From: a virus
Taxonomy: Duplodnaviria > Caudoviricetes
DNA: 55,787 nucleotides
Reading direction: 5' to 3' (one strand)
Virus record (IMG/VR): IMGVR_UViG_3300036852_000461
Location: 1-55,787 of that record
The position numbers were made by a program, and so were the translations under genes. This document shows positions 42,873 through 51,990 of the stretch, piece by piece. A model generated the notes under the pieces. It made no database searches and was not told where the DNA came from. It worked only from the letters and a program-made list of their open reading frames with translations. Each line of letters begins with the position of its first letter. Position 1 is the stretch's first letter.

Positions 42873-45791
42873 ATGGCCGGAACGCTGAGCCTGCCGACAT
42901 TGCTCCAGCGTGTACGCCTCGACACAAGCGATGTCCAGAAGAATGCGCGGTCAGCAGAAGGATCACTCACGCGCGCAGGCCGAGCATCACGCGCGTTGGC
43001 CACCGAGACCGAGCGCGCAGGGCGGGGCTTCCGGGGTTCCTCGCTCGCCATCGCCGCCGGCGCGACACTGGTTCTCGCGGGCATCCGCAAGGCAATCCAC
43101 GTCGCCGAAGACTACGCGGGCACAATCCGCAAGCTGTCGTCCTTCACCGGCGAATCGGCCGAGAACTCATCGAAGCTCGCCTTCGTGCTCGGGCGCTTCG
43201 GAATCGACGCCAATGCCGCTCTTCGCCCGATCGCGATCCTGTCCAAGACGATCCAACAGGGCGGCGGTCACCTCAAGGACTTCTTCGACGAGACCACGCT
43301 CGCGCGGTTCAAGACCCAGCCACTGATCGAGACGCTGCTCGACATCAACGACAAGTACCACTCGTTGAACACCGCCCAGGAGAAGAACGCGCTCCTGCAG
43401 GTCGCGGTCGGGCGCGGGGCGATCTCGCTCCGGCGCTTCTTCTCGGCCACGCGCGAGGAGATCACGCGCACGGCCAACGAGGCGCAGCGCTTCGGTCTGG
43501 TCCTCACCCAGGACAACCTCGACGCCTTCAAGCGGTTCAGCGACGGCGAGCGAGAGCTCGGACAGGCCGTCAAGGGGCTGCAAGTCCAGATCGGGCTCGC
43601 GCTGATCCCGCTGTTCGAGAAGGCGGCGGAGGGGACGACGGTCCTGCTCACGGAATTCCAGAAGCTCTCCCCGGGGATCAAGACCGCTGCCGTCGGCATC
43701 CTGACCGGTGTCGCCGCTATCGGTCTGCTCTCCCAAGCGCTCAGCTTCCTGAAGGTCGGGGCTACGATCGCGGCCCTGAGGACTGCAGGTGCCGCTGCTA
43801 TCGCCTTCGCTGGCGATCTGTTCCTCACCGAGACCTCGCTCGTCAACATGGACCTGCAGATCGGGGTCACCGAGGCCGAACTCGCCGGGTTGACCGCGTC
43901 GATGGAGGGTGGAACGATCGCCGCAGCCGGGATGACGGCGGCCCTGGCTGGTGTGGCCGGTGCCTTGGTGGCGGGACTTGCCATCGGCACCGAGATCAAC
44001 AAGCACTTCGTCGCGCCGATGATTGCGGCGAAGGAGGCCGAGCACGATCTGCACGCGCAGACGGCAGCGAACATCGCGGTGTTCAAGGAGCTGAATACCA
44101 CCGGAAGGATCACCGACGGTGCTTACCGCACGATCACCAAGACGCTGGAAGATATGCGCCGAGCCGGCCAGCTCACCGACGAAGCGCAGGAGCACTTGTT
44201 CAGCGCTTCGGCCATCACGCTGATCCGGCGCACCGCAGCTGCGCACGGCGACGTCGTGACGGTGATGCATCTACTGGCTGAGGGTCACGAGGATGCGGCC
44301 CGTAAGGCTGCGGCTCATGCCGGCGCAGAAGCGAACGTATCGACGGCGCTTGAAGGCGAGACAGCCCAAGTGCTTGCCTCGATCGATGCCACGCGCGCGG
44401 ACATCGTGGCAAAGGATGCCTTCACCGCCACCCTCGACAAGGTCGGCGCACGATCGACAGCCGGACAGCGCGTGATCGAGGCATATACACGCGAACTTCT
44501 GGCACAGCACCAAGCCGAGATCGACGGTGCGAAGGACGGCACCGAGAAGCAGAAGATCATCGATGGGATCACGAAGTCGGTAACCGATCTCGTTTCCGCA
44601 GAAGAGGAACAGCGTAAGAAGGCGATCGAGGCGAACACCGCCACCATCGCCTCCTTCGACAAGCTCTCGGAGAGCGTGAAGGGCAGCGCTGAAGACTTCC
44701 GCATCGCCACGGCTGCGAACACGCAGCGCATCTTGGACTTCGTCGACGACCTCAAGACCATCGCTGCCCGCGGTGCGCCGGCTCTCGCGAGCGAACTATC
44801 GAAGATGGGCCCAGCTGCGTCCAAGGCGGCGCGCCAAGCCGCTCAGGCGGGCGGCAAGGGTCTGGCGACGCTCGAGGACGTCGCGCGTGATGCCGTGGTC
44901 GCCGCGAAGAAGCAAGCCGATGCGAAGTTCGACGAGTGGGACCCGAACTTCCGAACCAAGGGCGCTGCGGCCGGGACGGCGGCGGTGCAAGGCACGAAGG
45001 TCGCGCTCTCGAAGATCGGCGACATGCTCAACAACGACATCGGCCCCATCGTCGACCGGGGCGCACAGGAGATCGCCGACAACGTGAAGACTCCGATCAT
45101 CAAGGCGGGCGGCGAGGTCGTCGAGCAGCTCCAGAAGTCGACGGGCGAGGTCGTGACGGTCTTCGCCGATGCGCGCGGTCGCCTGAACGTCCAAACACAG
45201 GGGATCAAGGGCGATCTGCTCTCGATCGCCACCGTCGACTTCAGCACGACACGCATCGGTGCCAAAGAGCTCGCCACCGCCCTCGGCATCCCGCTTACGC
45301 AAGCTCAGAAGCTGCTCGACAAGCTGAACGCTATCGACGGTCTGCACGTGAGCGCGGAGGTCGGTCTCAAGATCGACAAGACATCTGACAAGGTCGTCCT
45401 CACGGGCCCAATGGCACCGGCTGGTCATTCAGGCGAGATCGTCGGCATCACCACCGAACATCGCGGCGGCTGGATCATGCACGCAGGCGGGCGGGTCCCG
45501 CGCATGCACGACGGTGGCCTGCGCAACGACGAGCGCATGACGATCCTGCAGACTCGGGAGTTCGTCGTGCGCCGTTCGGTGGCTGAGCGCAATCGTGGGA
45601 ATCTCGAGGCGCTGAATGCGACCGGTCAGTGGCCCACCAAGGACCTGCTCGCGATGATCCGAGTCATGGCCCGCGAGATCGCGAGCCTTTTGGCCTCGCG
45701 CCAACCACCGATCTTCAACGTCTCGCACAGCGATCCGTGGGCGCTGAGCAAAGACGTCGCTTATCTGATGGGCGTGGAGGCGACCCGGTGA
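42873..45791 (+). CDS. Tape measure protein
   Basis: 972 aa, Ala-rich helical, central hydrophobic segments, C-terminal H.GG..ILQ..EFV..N...LEALN. Confidence 0.92.
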   Translation: MAGTLSLPTLLQRVRLDTSDVQKNARSAEGSLTRAGRASRALATETERAGRGFRGSSLAIAAGATLVLAGIRKAIHVAEDYAGTIRKLSSFTGESAENSSKLAFVLGRFGIDANAALRPIAILSKTIQQGGGHLKDFFDETTLARFKTQPLIETLLDINDKYHSLNTAQEKNALLQVAVGRGAISLRRFFSATREEITRTANEAQRFGLVLTQDNLDAFKRFSDGERELGQAVKGLQVQIGLALIPLFEKAAEGTTVLLTEFQKLSPGIKTAAVGILTGVAAIGLLSQALSFLKVGATIAALRTAGAAAIAFAGDLFLTETSLVNMDLQIGVTEAELAGLTASMEGGTIAAAGMTAALAGVAGALVAGLAIGTEINKHFVAPMIAAKEAEHDLHAQTAANIAVFKELNTTGRITDGAYRTITKTLEDMRRAGQLTDEAQEHLFSASAITLIRRTAAAHGDVVTVMHLLAEGHEDAARKAAAHAGAEANVSTALEGETAQVLASIDATRADIVAKDAFTATLDKVGARSTAGQRVIEAYTRELLAQHQAEIDGAKDGTEKQKIIDGITKSVTDLVSAEEEQRKKAIEANTATIASFDKLSESVKGSAEDFRIATAANTQRILDFVDDLKTIAARGAPALASELSKMGPAASKAARQAAQAGGKGLATLEDVARDAVVAAKKQADAKFDEWDPNFRTKGAAAGTAAVQGTKVALSKIGDMLNNDIGPIVDRGAQEIADNVKTPIIKAGGEVVEQLQKSTGEVVTVFADARGRLNVQTQGIKGDLLSIATVDFSTTRIGAKELATALGIPLTQAQKLLDKLNAIDGLHVSAEVGLKIDKTSDKVVLTGPMAPAGHSGEIVGITTEHRGGWIMHAGGRVPRMHDGGLRNDERMTILQTREFVVRRSVAERNRGNLEALNATGQWPTKDLLAMIRVMAREIASLLASRQPPIFNVSHSDPWALSKDVAYLMGVEATR

Positions 45792-46834
45792 AGCTGCCGG
45801 CCTATGCATGCCTGGACGGCACCGAGATCATGAACGAGGTCCGCACCCAGACCTATCTGAATGCCGGCCTGGTCAAGACCGTGCGGGGCTTCGGGCGAGT
45901 GTGTCCGGCCCTGAACGACGGATTCGTGTCCCCGACCGACGATCCGGCGCCCTGGTACGACTCGGACCATCCTGAGTCGGCTGGGTTCATGGGCATCCTC
46001 GCCGACGGTGTGGAATTGTCGCCGGTCCTATCGGCTTCGAGCACGCCTCGTCTGGACGAGGGTGCCGTGATCGGAGCAGAAGTACATGGTGCACGGGGCG
46101 TGCTCGTGCAGGGCTGGATGGTCGCCACCGATCAGCGCGCGATGTATTGGGGCGAGCGCTGGCTGAATGAGGCACTCCGTGGGACGAACTGCGGCTGCGG
46201 TGGCAGCGATCTCGAGCTTCTCTCGTCGTGCTCGCTTGGCGGCGCACCCTACGACGACGATTTCCGCTTGCTGCCGGGAGCGAAGCTCATCTCGCCTCCC
46301 ATCCCTTCGCCCATAGAGATCCTCTCGGACTGCAAGACGCAGAACGTCCAGTTCCAGATGCAGGCTCCTTCGCCGTGGCTGTTCTCGCTGCCGACGGTGG
46401 CTGTCGACGACGTGACGGTCGTGGATGGGTCGGGCGATGGCGTGGTGTTCGCCACCGAGGACTGGCGCAGCGAGGCGCTGGTCATCACGGTCTCGACCGA
46501 TGCGGGTTTCGATGACGGGGCGATGATCACCATCACCGAGTCGCTGGATGGCGCGACGTGTCCCGAAGATCGCGTGGCCGCCTCGGCCATCTACGAGCTT
46601 CTCGACCTGGCACCTGAATCCTCACTTGAGATCGACGCGATGCGCACGGCGGTGACCTACGCCAATCCCACGAGCCATCTCAACGTCCCAGGCTTCGACA
46701 AGCTCTCACGAGAGACGCGCGTGCCTTTCTGCTGGCCGACGATCCCGCGCTGCAACACCGTTTGCGTCTATCTCACCAACGAGACCGGCGATGACGTGGT
46801 GTGGAGGGTCGAGCGCCGCAAGCGGGAGCTATAA
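45788..46834 (+). CDS. Distal tail/baseplate-like protein
   Basis: Follows the tape measure; EI.N..RT..Y, D.APWYD...PES..F.G. Confidence 0.7.
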   Translation: MKLPAYACLDGTEIMNEVRTQTYLNAGLVKTVRGFGRVCPALNDGFVSPTDDPAPWYDSDHPESAGFMGILADGVELSPVLSASSTPRLDEGAVIGAEVHGARGVLVQGWMVATDQRAMYWGERWLNEALRGTNCGCGGSDLELLSSCSLGGAPYDDDFRLLPGAKLISPPIPSPIEILSDCKTQNVQFQMQAPSPWLFSLPTVAVDDVTVVDGSGDGVVFATEDWRSEALVITVSTDAGFDDGAMITITESLDGATCPEDRVAASAIYELLDLAPESSLEIDAMRTAVTYANPTSHLNVPGFDKLSRETRVPFCWPTIPRCNTVCVYLTNETGDDVVWRVERRKREL

Positions 46835-47887
46835 ATGTCGTACTCAGCCGGCGGCACCCTCGGTTGCGGCTCCTGGAGGGCGCGCCTGCTTGAGCGCGGC
46901 GGAAGTCGGACGATCCTCGAATTGCCTGCGACCTCGGCTCGGCACACGCGGGCGCGGTCAACGTTCTCGACAGGGTCGTGCTTCGTGGCCCTGTCCGAGG
47001 TGCCGGACTACTGCTACGGGCCACTGGCAAAGATCAGACCGTGGGAGCACGAGCTTGAGCTGGTGCGGGACGGTGAGACGAAGTGGCTCGGCCCGATCTC
47101 GGAGGGTCTGGGATTCTCACGCGCCGGCGTGGCCATCCGTGCGCGGGACTGCTCGCACTGGGGCGAGCGACGCGTGCATCCGGTCGACCGCAACATCACC
47201 GACGATCTCGCCCGCATCTTCGAGCTGTTCGTGGCCGACGCCATGCTCGAGGACCCCTCACCAGGTCTGAGCGTGGATCTCGTCGAACTCGGCACAATCG
47301 GTAACCGGACGGTGCTGCGCAGCGAGGCCAAGTACGTGGCCGATTCGCTTCGCGAACTCGCCGACAGCGGCCTCTATTACACGACGCTGCTGCGGCAGAT
47401 CCGCGTGCGCCCGGACGGGGTAGGCGAGACGGTCGGGACCCTGCTCGATGCCCATGTGCAGATCGAGTCCGAAGCGACCCTGGACGGACTGTCGTTTGCC
47501 TCGGAGTTCATCGTGGTCGGTGAGCAGCCTGCGGACGCCACGAGCAGCACGCCAATCGTAGGACGCGCCGGCGGTTTCGACGAGCGCACGGGTCTGGTGC
47601 AGATCACCGATCGCCAGACGGGCTCGAACAACACCCTCGATGCCACCCATGCCGCGCAGGCGGGTCTGGCCGAGGCGAGCACCGAGCCGGTGGCCCTACC
47701 GGTGAAGCTGCAGCAGACGACCCCTCTCGATTACGACGATCTCGTACCCGGCAACCACGTCCCGGTATTGCTGACGCTCGGTGTCTATGTCCTGAACGAA
47801 ACTCTGACCATCGACTCGATGTCGATGGATGCCGCACTGAGCGAGCAGATCACGCTGAACCTCGTGCGCAAGGTAGAGGCGGCCTGA
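46835..47887 (+). CDS. Minor tail (hub-like) protein
   Basis: LGCG, PW.HEL...RDGE..W.GPI, DLVPG. Confidence 0.7.
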   Translation: MSYSAGGTLGCGSWRARLLERGGSRTILELPATSARHTRARSTFSTGSCFVALSEVPDYCYGPLAKIRPWEHELELVRDGETKWLGPISEGLGFSRAGVAIRARDCSHWGERRVHPVDRNITDDLARIFELFVADAMLEDPSPGLSVDLVELGTIGNRTVLRSEAKYVADSLRELADSGLYYTTLLRQIRVRPDGVGETVGTLLDAHVQIESEATLDGLSFASEFIVVGEQPADATSSTPIVGRAGGFDERTGLVQITDRQTGSNNTLDATHAAQAGLAEASTEPVALPVKLQQTTPLDYDDLVPGNHVPVLLTLGVYVLNETLTIDSMSMDAALSEQITLNLVRKVEAA

Positions 47888-48354
47888 TGCCCCGTCGCCC
47901 GCGAGCGCTGCCCGATCGTGTCGCACATCTGGAGCAGCTGTTTCGCAACCTGCGCACGGGTGCTGGTGTACCCGGTGAGACGGGAGCGACCGGATCCCCA
48001 GGCGCAGACGGTGTGGGCAAGGCGGCCTACGACTGGACGAACAATGCCACTCTCGTTCGCGTCGGCTTCGGGCAGCGCAAGTATGCCGATCGCGACGGAA
48101 CGATCCTCTACGTGCGAGCCGAGCGCAGCGCAGGCGATGGCAGCGGCGCGGCAACCTTCGATGTCACGAAGAACGGGGTGTCGATCTTCCCGTCCGCGAC
48201 CAAGCCGACCATCCCCGCATCCTCATTCCTCGGTACGGAGCGCGTGCCCGATGACGTCGACTTCGTCAAGGGCGATTACTTCCAGATTCACACTGAGACG
48301 ACGGGCAACGGCACCGGACCGGTGGTCGTGACCATATTTTTCCAGGAGGTCTAG
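47887..48354 (+). CDS. Minor tail protein
   Basis: Short Gly-X-Y stretch; FDV.KNG.SIF...KPTI. Confidence 0.7.
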   Translation: MPRRPRALPDRVAHLEQLFRNLRTGAGVPGETGATGSPGADGVGKAAYDWTNNATLVRVGFGQRKYADRDGTILYVRAERSAGDGSGAATFDVTKNGVSIFPSATKPTIPASSFLGTERVPDDVDFVKGDYFQIHTETTGNGTGPVVVTIFFQEV

Positions 48355-48360
48355 ATGGCG

Positions 48361-48813
48361 TTATCGAAGACCGCGCGCGCGACGCCGTCGCTGAGCGAGT
48401 TTGGTCCTCTCGCGATGGCAGATCGAACAGACTCGGTGATTCGGGCGCGAGGGGAAGAATGTGTCATATGGATGCCCCTTCGGGCAATGCGTCTTGCGTG
48501 TTTCCTTGCTCCGTCGCTTCCGCGCGGAGTCGCGCATGTTGTCGCTCCGCGTTCCGAGGAACAGGTGCGCCGGGTTGCAGCACGCCCGGTTGTCGCATCG
48601 GTGACAGACGTGCAGGCCGTTTGGGATCGGACCATAGACCAATTCGTACGAGACGCGATGCGCGCCTACGGCTCCGCCGTATTTCCCCCCTCTCCCAATA
48701 GCTCCATAACCATTCGCGTACCTTGCGCCAGTCCACTCCCAGCATTGCGTCCAATGGCGCTTATCGACCTTGGGCCAGAACCGTTCCTCGATAGGTCGAG
48801 CGGGACAGGACAT
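48361..48813 (-). CDS. HNH endonuclease (antisense)
   Basis: [50 protein letters not shown]. Confidence 0.92.
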   Translation of the reverse strand: MSCPARPIEERFWPKVDKRHWTQCWEWTGARYANGYGAIGRGGKYGGAVGAHRVSYELVYGPIPNGLHVCHRCDNRACCNPAHLFLGTRSDNMRDSARKRRSKETRKTHCPKGHPYDTFFPSRPNHRVCSICHRERTKLAQRRRRARGLR

Positions 48814-48844
48814 CGGCAGTTGTTATCACGAGGAGGTAAACGCC

Positions 48845-49831
48845 ATTAGCTTCGATTCAGGAGTGATCACCAGCGCCACCCCGCACGCGGCGCTCGCGAC
48901 GAAGATCAAGGCGCTTTTCGGTGGGTCGGGCGTCGCCAACTGGTCGTTCGTCGAGAACATCCCGGCCGGGACGGGGGCAGGTCAGTCGGGCTCGGCGTCC
49001 TACTCGATCGACGTCTACAAGTGCGCGGGAAGCGGGACCGACGCGAACGACGCGGCGACGGACTGGTACGTAGCGTGGCGGCTGCCGGTGACGGACGGTG
49101 CTGTGAGTTCCAATTTCAATGTGTTCGAAGACTACGAGGGTGGTACGAACAAGCGGTTCAAGCGTCCAGTTGCAGGGCCCGCTGTTCAAGCCCCAACGGG
49201 TACGGGGTTCTGGCGTTCTGACACTTATGCCGCCGCTGCAAGCGTGGTCGGTGTCCAGCAGGAGACCATTTTCACGCTCAACACGACTGGCTTCTCGTAT
49301 TGGATCAAACTGACAAAGAATGGCATCTGGGTAACGTGCCAAGTCGGTAGCACTCTCGGAACCCACATCGCTCTGCTCGGTGACACGATGGTCGCCTCAG
49401 GTGTCGCGACGGACTCGTGTCCACTCTTTGCGCACGGAGCCGGAGGCGGTTCGGGTATCGAAGCGTCCAGAGAACCTGGTGTGACTGACGGTACGAAAAC
49501 AAAATGGAACTATGGAGAATGTGCTCCTTGGACTCTGTTAGCAGGAAGCAACGCACCAAACAACAACGATCTCTTCCAAGGGAATAAGGTTGCCCTTTCA
49601 CGCATCTGCGTCCTGAGGACAGGGGGAGCAGGAGTGATCAACCTCATTGGTGCCTTCCGGGCATTGCTGAAACCAGAATTGATCCTCTGTTTCCAGACGG
49701 GTGGGACGGTGAACATCGGCGACACGATAGTCATCAACGGCGTCACTTACGTTGTGATGTGGCCCGGTACGGGAACGTTCGGAGCCTTCATAGTCACGAA
49801 CGCCTTCGTGTTGGTGACCCCTCAAACCTGA
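48845..49831 (+). CDS. Minor tail/receptor-binding-like protein
   Basis: Gly/Ser/Thr-rich frame ending GDTI.ING.TY.V. Start uncertain: ATT 48845 after GAGGAGG, or GTG 48863. Confidence 0.7.
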   Translation: MSFDSGVITSATPHAALATKIKALFGGSGVANWSFVENIPAGTGAGQSGSASYSIDVYKCAGSGTDANDAATDWYVAWRLPVTDGAVSSNFNVFEDYEGGTNKRFKRPVAGPAVQAPTGTGFWRSDTYAAAASVVGVQQETIFTLNTTGFSYWIKLTKNGIWVTCQVGSTLGTHIALLGDTMVASGVATDSCPLFAHGAGGGSGIEASREPGVTDGTKTKWNYGECAPWTLLAGSNAPNNNDLFQGNKVALSRICVLRTGGAGVINLIGAFRALLKPELILCFQTGGTVNIGDTIVINGVTYVVMWPGTGTFGAFIVTNAFVLVTPQT

Positions 49832-50139
49832 TGGCCGTCCTCACGCCGGGCGAGAGCGTCTTCGTGGGTGACTACGCCGATGCGGGCGATGCGACCGTGC
49901 AGGCGGGAAGCGCCAGCTCGGGCTGGCAGGTCTGGGACAGCTACACCTTCGTCCCGTCCGCGACGTTCGCACTCACACCAGGCGAGGCCGTCTTCGTCGG
50001 GGACTACGCGGACAAGGACGACGAGACCGTCAAGGCTCACGAGGCCGACTCAGGATGGAAGATCTGGGGCGACTACGTCTTCATGGGCGAGTTCCCGACC
50101 AACAAGCCGTGTCCGGACGTGTGGGCGGTCATCGGATGA
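49831..50139 (+). CDS. Small protein of two tandem ~45-aa repeats
   Basis: LTPGE.VFVGDYAD..D.TV.A....SGW..W..Y.F twice. Confidence 0.75.
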   Translation: MAVLTPGESVFVGDYADAGDATVQAGSASSGWQVWDSYTFVPSATFALTPGEAVFVGDYADKDDETVKAHEADSGWKIWGDYVFMGEFPTNKPCPDVWAVIG

Positions 50140-50146
50140 AGGACGG

Positions 50147-50175
50147 TTGAGTCCAGCACCCGTCTGACGTAGCCT
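50147..50175 (+). promoter_or_regulatory. Promoter upstream of leader motif copy 4
   Basis: TTGAGT-17-TAGCCT. Confidence 0.6.
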
Positions 50176-50192
50176 GACCTGGTAGCCACGGC

Positions 50193-50258
50193 CCGTGGGT
50201 GCTGACCTGCGGAGGCGACGAGGCCGTTTCGTCGTGTTCCGAAGGAGGACCCACCCGG
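50193..50258 (+). ncRNA. Structured leader motif, copy 4
   Basis: CCGTGGG-TGCTGA-CCTGCGG-AGGCGACG, second hairpin, then AAGGAGG; lacks GGTCAGC. Confidence 0.65.
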
Positions 50259-50282
50259 ATGCCCTGTGGATGCGTGGAACCA

Positions 50283-50924
50283 CTACGAACTCTGTTCTCG
50301 CAAACGCGCACGCCGCTCGCGCGTCTTCTCGCGAAGGCACGCAAGGCAGTATGGGATGCCTCGATAGGTTCGCCGTTGATGCTCCGAACGCAGATGGCCG
50401 CGCGGACAGTAGAGGTCGGGTTCCTTCGGTGGCTGAGCGGCTCGTCGGGCGGCGCGGTACTTCTCTGCGCGCATCCTCGAGCAGGTCTTGCAGAGTCGGT
50501 TTCCATTGGAGAGCCGCGTGGTGTTGGCCTCGTCGAACGGATGCCCGCGCAGGCAATGCGTGAGGCCGCGCCACTTCGCGGCTCCACCTTGTCGTCCAGC
50601 GAGCCAGTTCTCGCGCTGCGTTGTGATCCGGAGGTGGTCGAGTTCGTAGCACCGGCGATGCGGACAGAGCCCTTCGGCCACGACGCAGAGGCCGAGTGCC
50701 GCCGCTTCGTTGTGGCAGGTGTGGTCGAGCGTCATCCCATCTGGGATCGGCCCGCGCATCTTCGTCCAAACGTAGCGGTGGACGACCCAGACCCTTCCTT
50801 CGACCTTCACTCGTCCATATCCGAGTCCGTTCATGTAGCCCTTCCAGAGCAGACAGCCCTCGGGCGTCCGCTCGCCGTTGGCGAGGACTTCGTCGAGCGT
50901 CCAGGGCTTGTTGCGTCGAGCCAT
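50283..50924 (-). CDS. HNH endonuclease (antisense) with two Zn modules
   Basis: GCLLW.G..GYG..VHR..LDHTCHN..C..DHL...REN; THCLRGH and YCPRGH. TGtTATGCT 8 nt upstream of the ATG. Confidence 0.9.
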   Translation of the reverse strand: MARRNKPWTLDEVLANGERTPEGCLLWKGYMNGLGYGRVKVEGRVWVVHRYVWTKMRGPIPDGMTLDHTCHNEAAALGLCVVAEGLCPHRRCYELDHLRITTQRENWLAGRQGGAAKWRGLTHCLRGHPFDEANTTRLSNGNRLCKTCSRMRAEKYRAARRAAQPPKEPDLYCPRGHLRSEHQRRTYRGIPYCLACLREKTRERRARLREQSS

Positions 50925-50947
50925 CGGGAAGGAGCATAACACACCCC

Positions 50948-51613
50948 ATGCCATGCGGATGCGTCGAGGCTTCTATACTTGGGTGCCAGTGCGTGACCGA
51001 AGACTCGGACACGATCAAGTGGTCGGGCGCGGGAAGCTCAAGCTCCAAGTGGAAGGTCGATGCCATCATCGACCCTCTCGCGCGCAACCTGCTCTCGAAG
51101 AGTTCATCGGGCCTGCTGGTCGATCCGAACGATATCCCCGACTTCATGCGCATCCTCGGTGGCAACTACGGCGACGGCCCGTCGCCCGGATGGGTGCTCA
51201 GCGGCGATACATACGAGGACTGGGGTGGGACGGACTTCACGCGCAAGAGCTTCACCAAGGTCGGCAGCGACAGTGAGACCGATCTGCTGATCCTGTTCGC
51301 GGTCTCAGGCTTTCTCATCGACACCGGCCAGACCGGATCATGCGTGGTGGATGTCGGCGTGGAGGTCGGAGCGGGCAACGACGTCGGGACCCGGCCGTTC
51401 GGTCTGAGTTGGCCCACCGCAGTGAACGCCGACGGCTCGCAGATGTACGAGCACTACACGAACTTCGTGGCGGAGAGCGATGTCCCTGCCGGCGCGCTCA
51501 ACATCCAGCTCCGGGGAAAGATCCGCGAGAGCGACCACCAGTTCAAAGCCGACCTCAACTCCGGTTTCGCGTTCCTGGTCATCGAGGTTCCCGCATCGGT
51601 GACGTTCTCGTGA
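50948..51613 (+). CDS. Minor tail/structural protein
   Basis: SD GAAGGAG; CGC...C.C...DSDTI..SG.G.......NLL....GLLV. Confidence 0.7.
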   Translation: MPCGCVEASILGCQCVTEDSDTIKWSGAGSSSSKWKVDAIIDPLARNLLSKSSSGLLVDPNDIPDFMRILGGNYGDGPSPGWVLSGDTYEDWGGTDFTRKSFTKVGSDSETDLLILFAVSGFLIDTGQTGSCVVDVGVEVGAGNDVGTRPFGLSWPTAVNADGSQMYEHYTNFVAESDVPAGALNIQLRGKIRESDHQFKADLNSGFAFLVIEVPASVTFS

Positions 51614-51987
51614 TCACTCACCCCGCGGGATACGCCGTACTCCTTGCTTTCATTGGTCTCGCCTCTTACGGCATGCAACGAGTGGTGACCGCAGACGATT
51701 GGCCGCCCTCGGTGCGACTACGTGCGTGGCTGCGAGACCACAAGACGATCGAGCAGCGTGCGCACCCAGGTCCGGGGCGTTGGCTCTACGCCTACGCGTT
51801 GATGACCTGCGCCTGGTGCTTCGGCTCGTGGACTACGTTCATCATCGTCGCCAGTGTCTGGCATTACGTGCCGCTGCCGCTTCCCGGCCTGTGGTTTCCG
51901 GCCGCGCGAGTGATCGTCGGCGTTCTCGGCGATTGGGAAGACCGTGGTTCCACACATGTCCACGCCGTTGGTGTCGAGGAGTCATGA
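51610..51987 (+). CDS. DUF1360-like membrane protein
   Basis: A.Y...RVVT.D.....LR, L.TC.WC..SW. Confidence 0.75.
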   Translation: MITHPAGYAVLLAFIGLASYGMQRVVTADDWPPSVRLRAWLRDHKTIEQRAHPGPGRWLYAYALMTCAWCFGSWTTFIIVASVWHYVPLPLPGLWFPAARVIVGVLGDWEDRGSTHVHAVGVEES

Positions 51988-51990
51988 ACG

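Noticed and set aside
50259-50947. HNH insert as an intein or group I intron
   Set aside because: 689 nt is not a multiple of three, there are no Hint motifs, and no room for an intron core outside the HNH.
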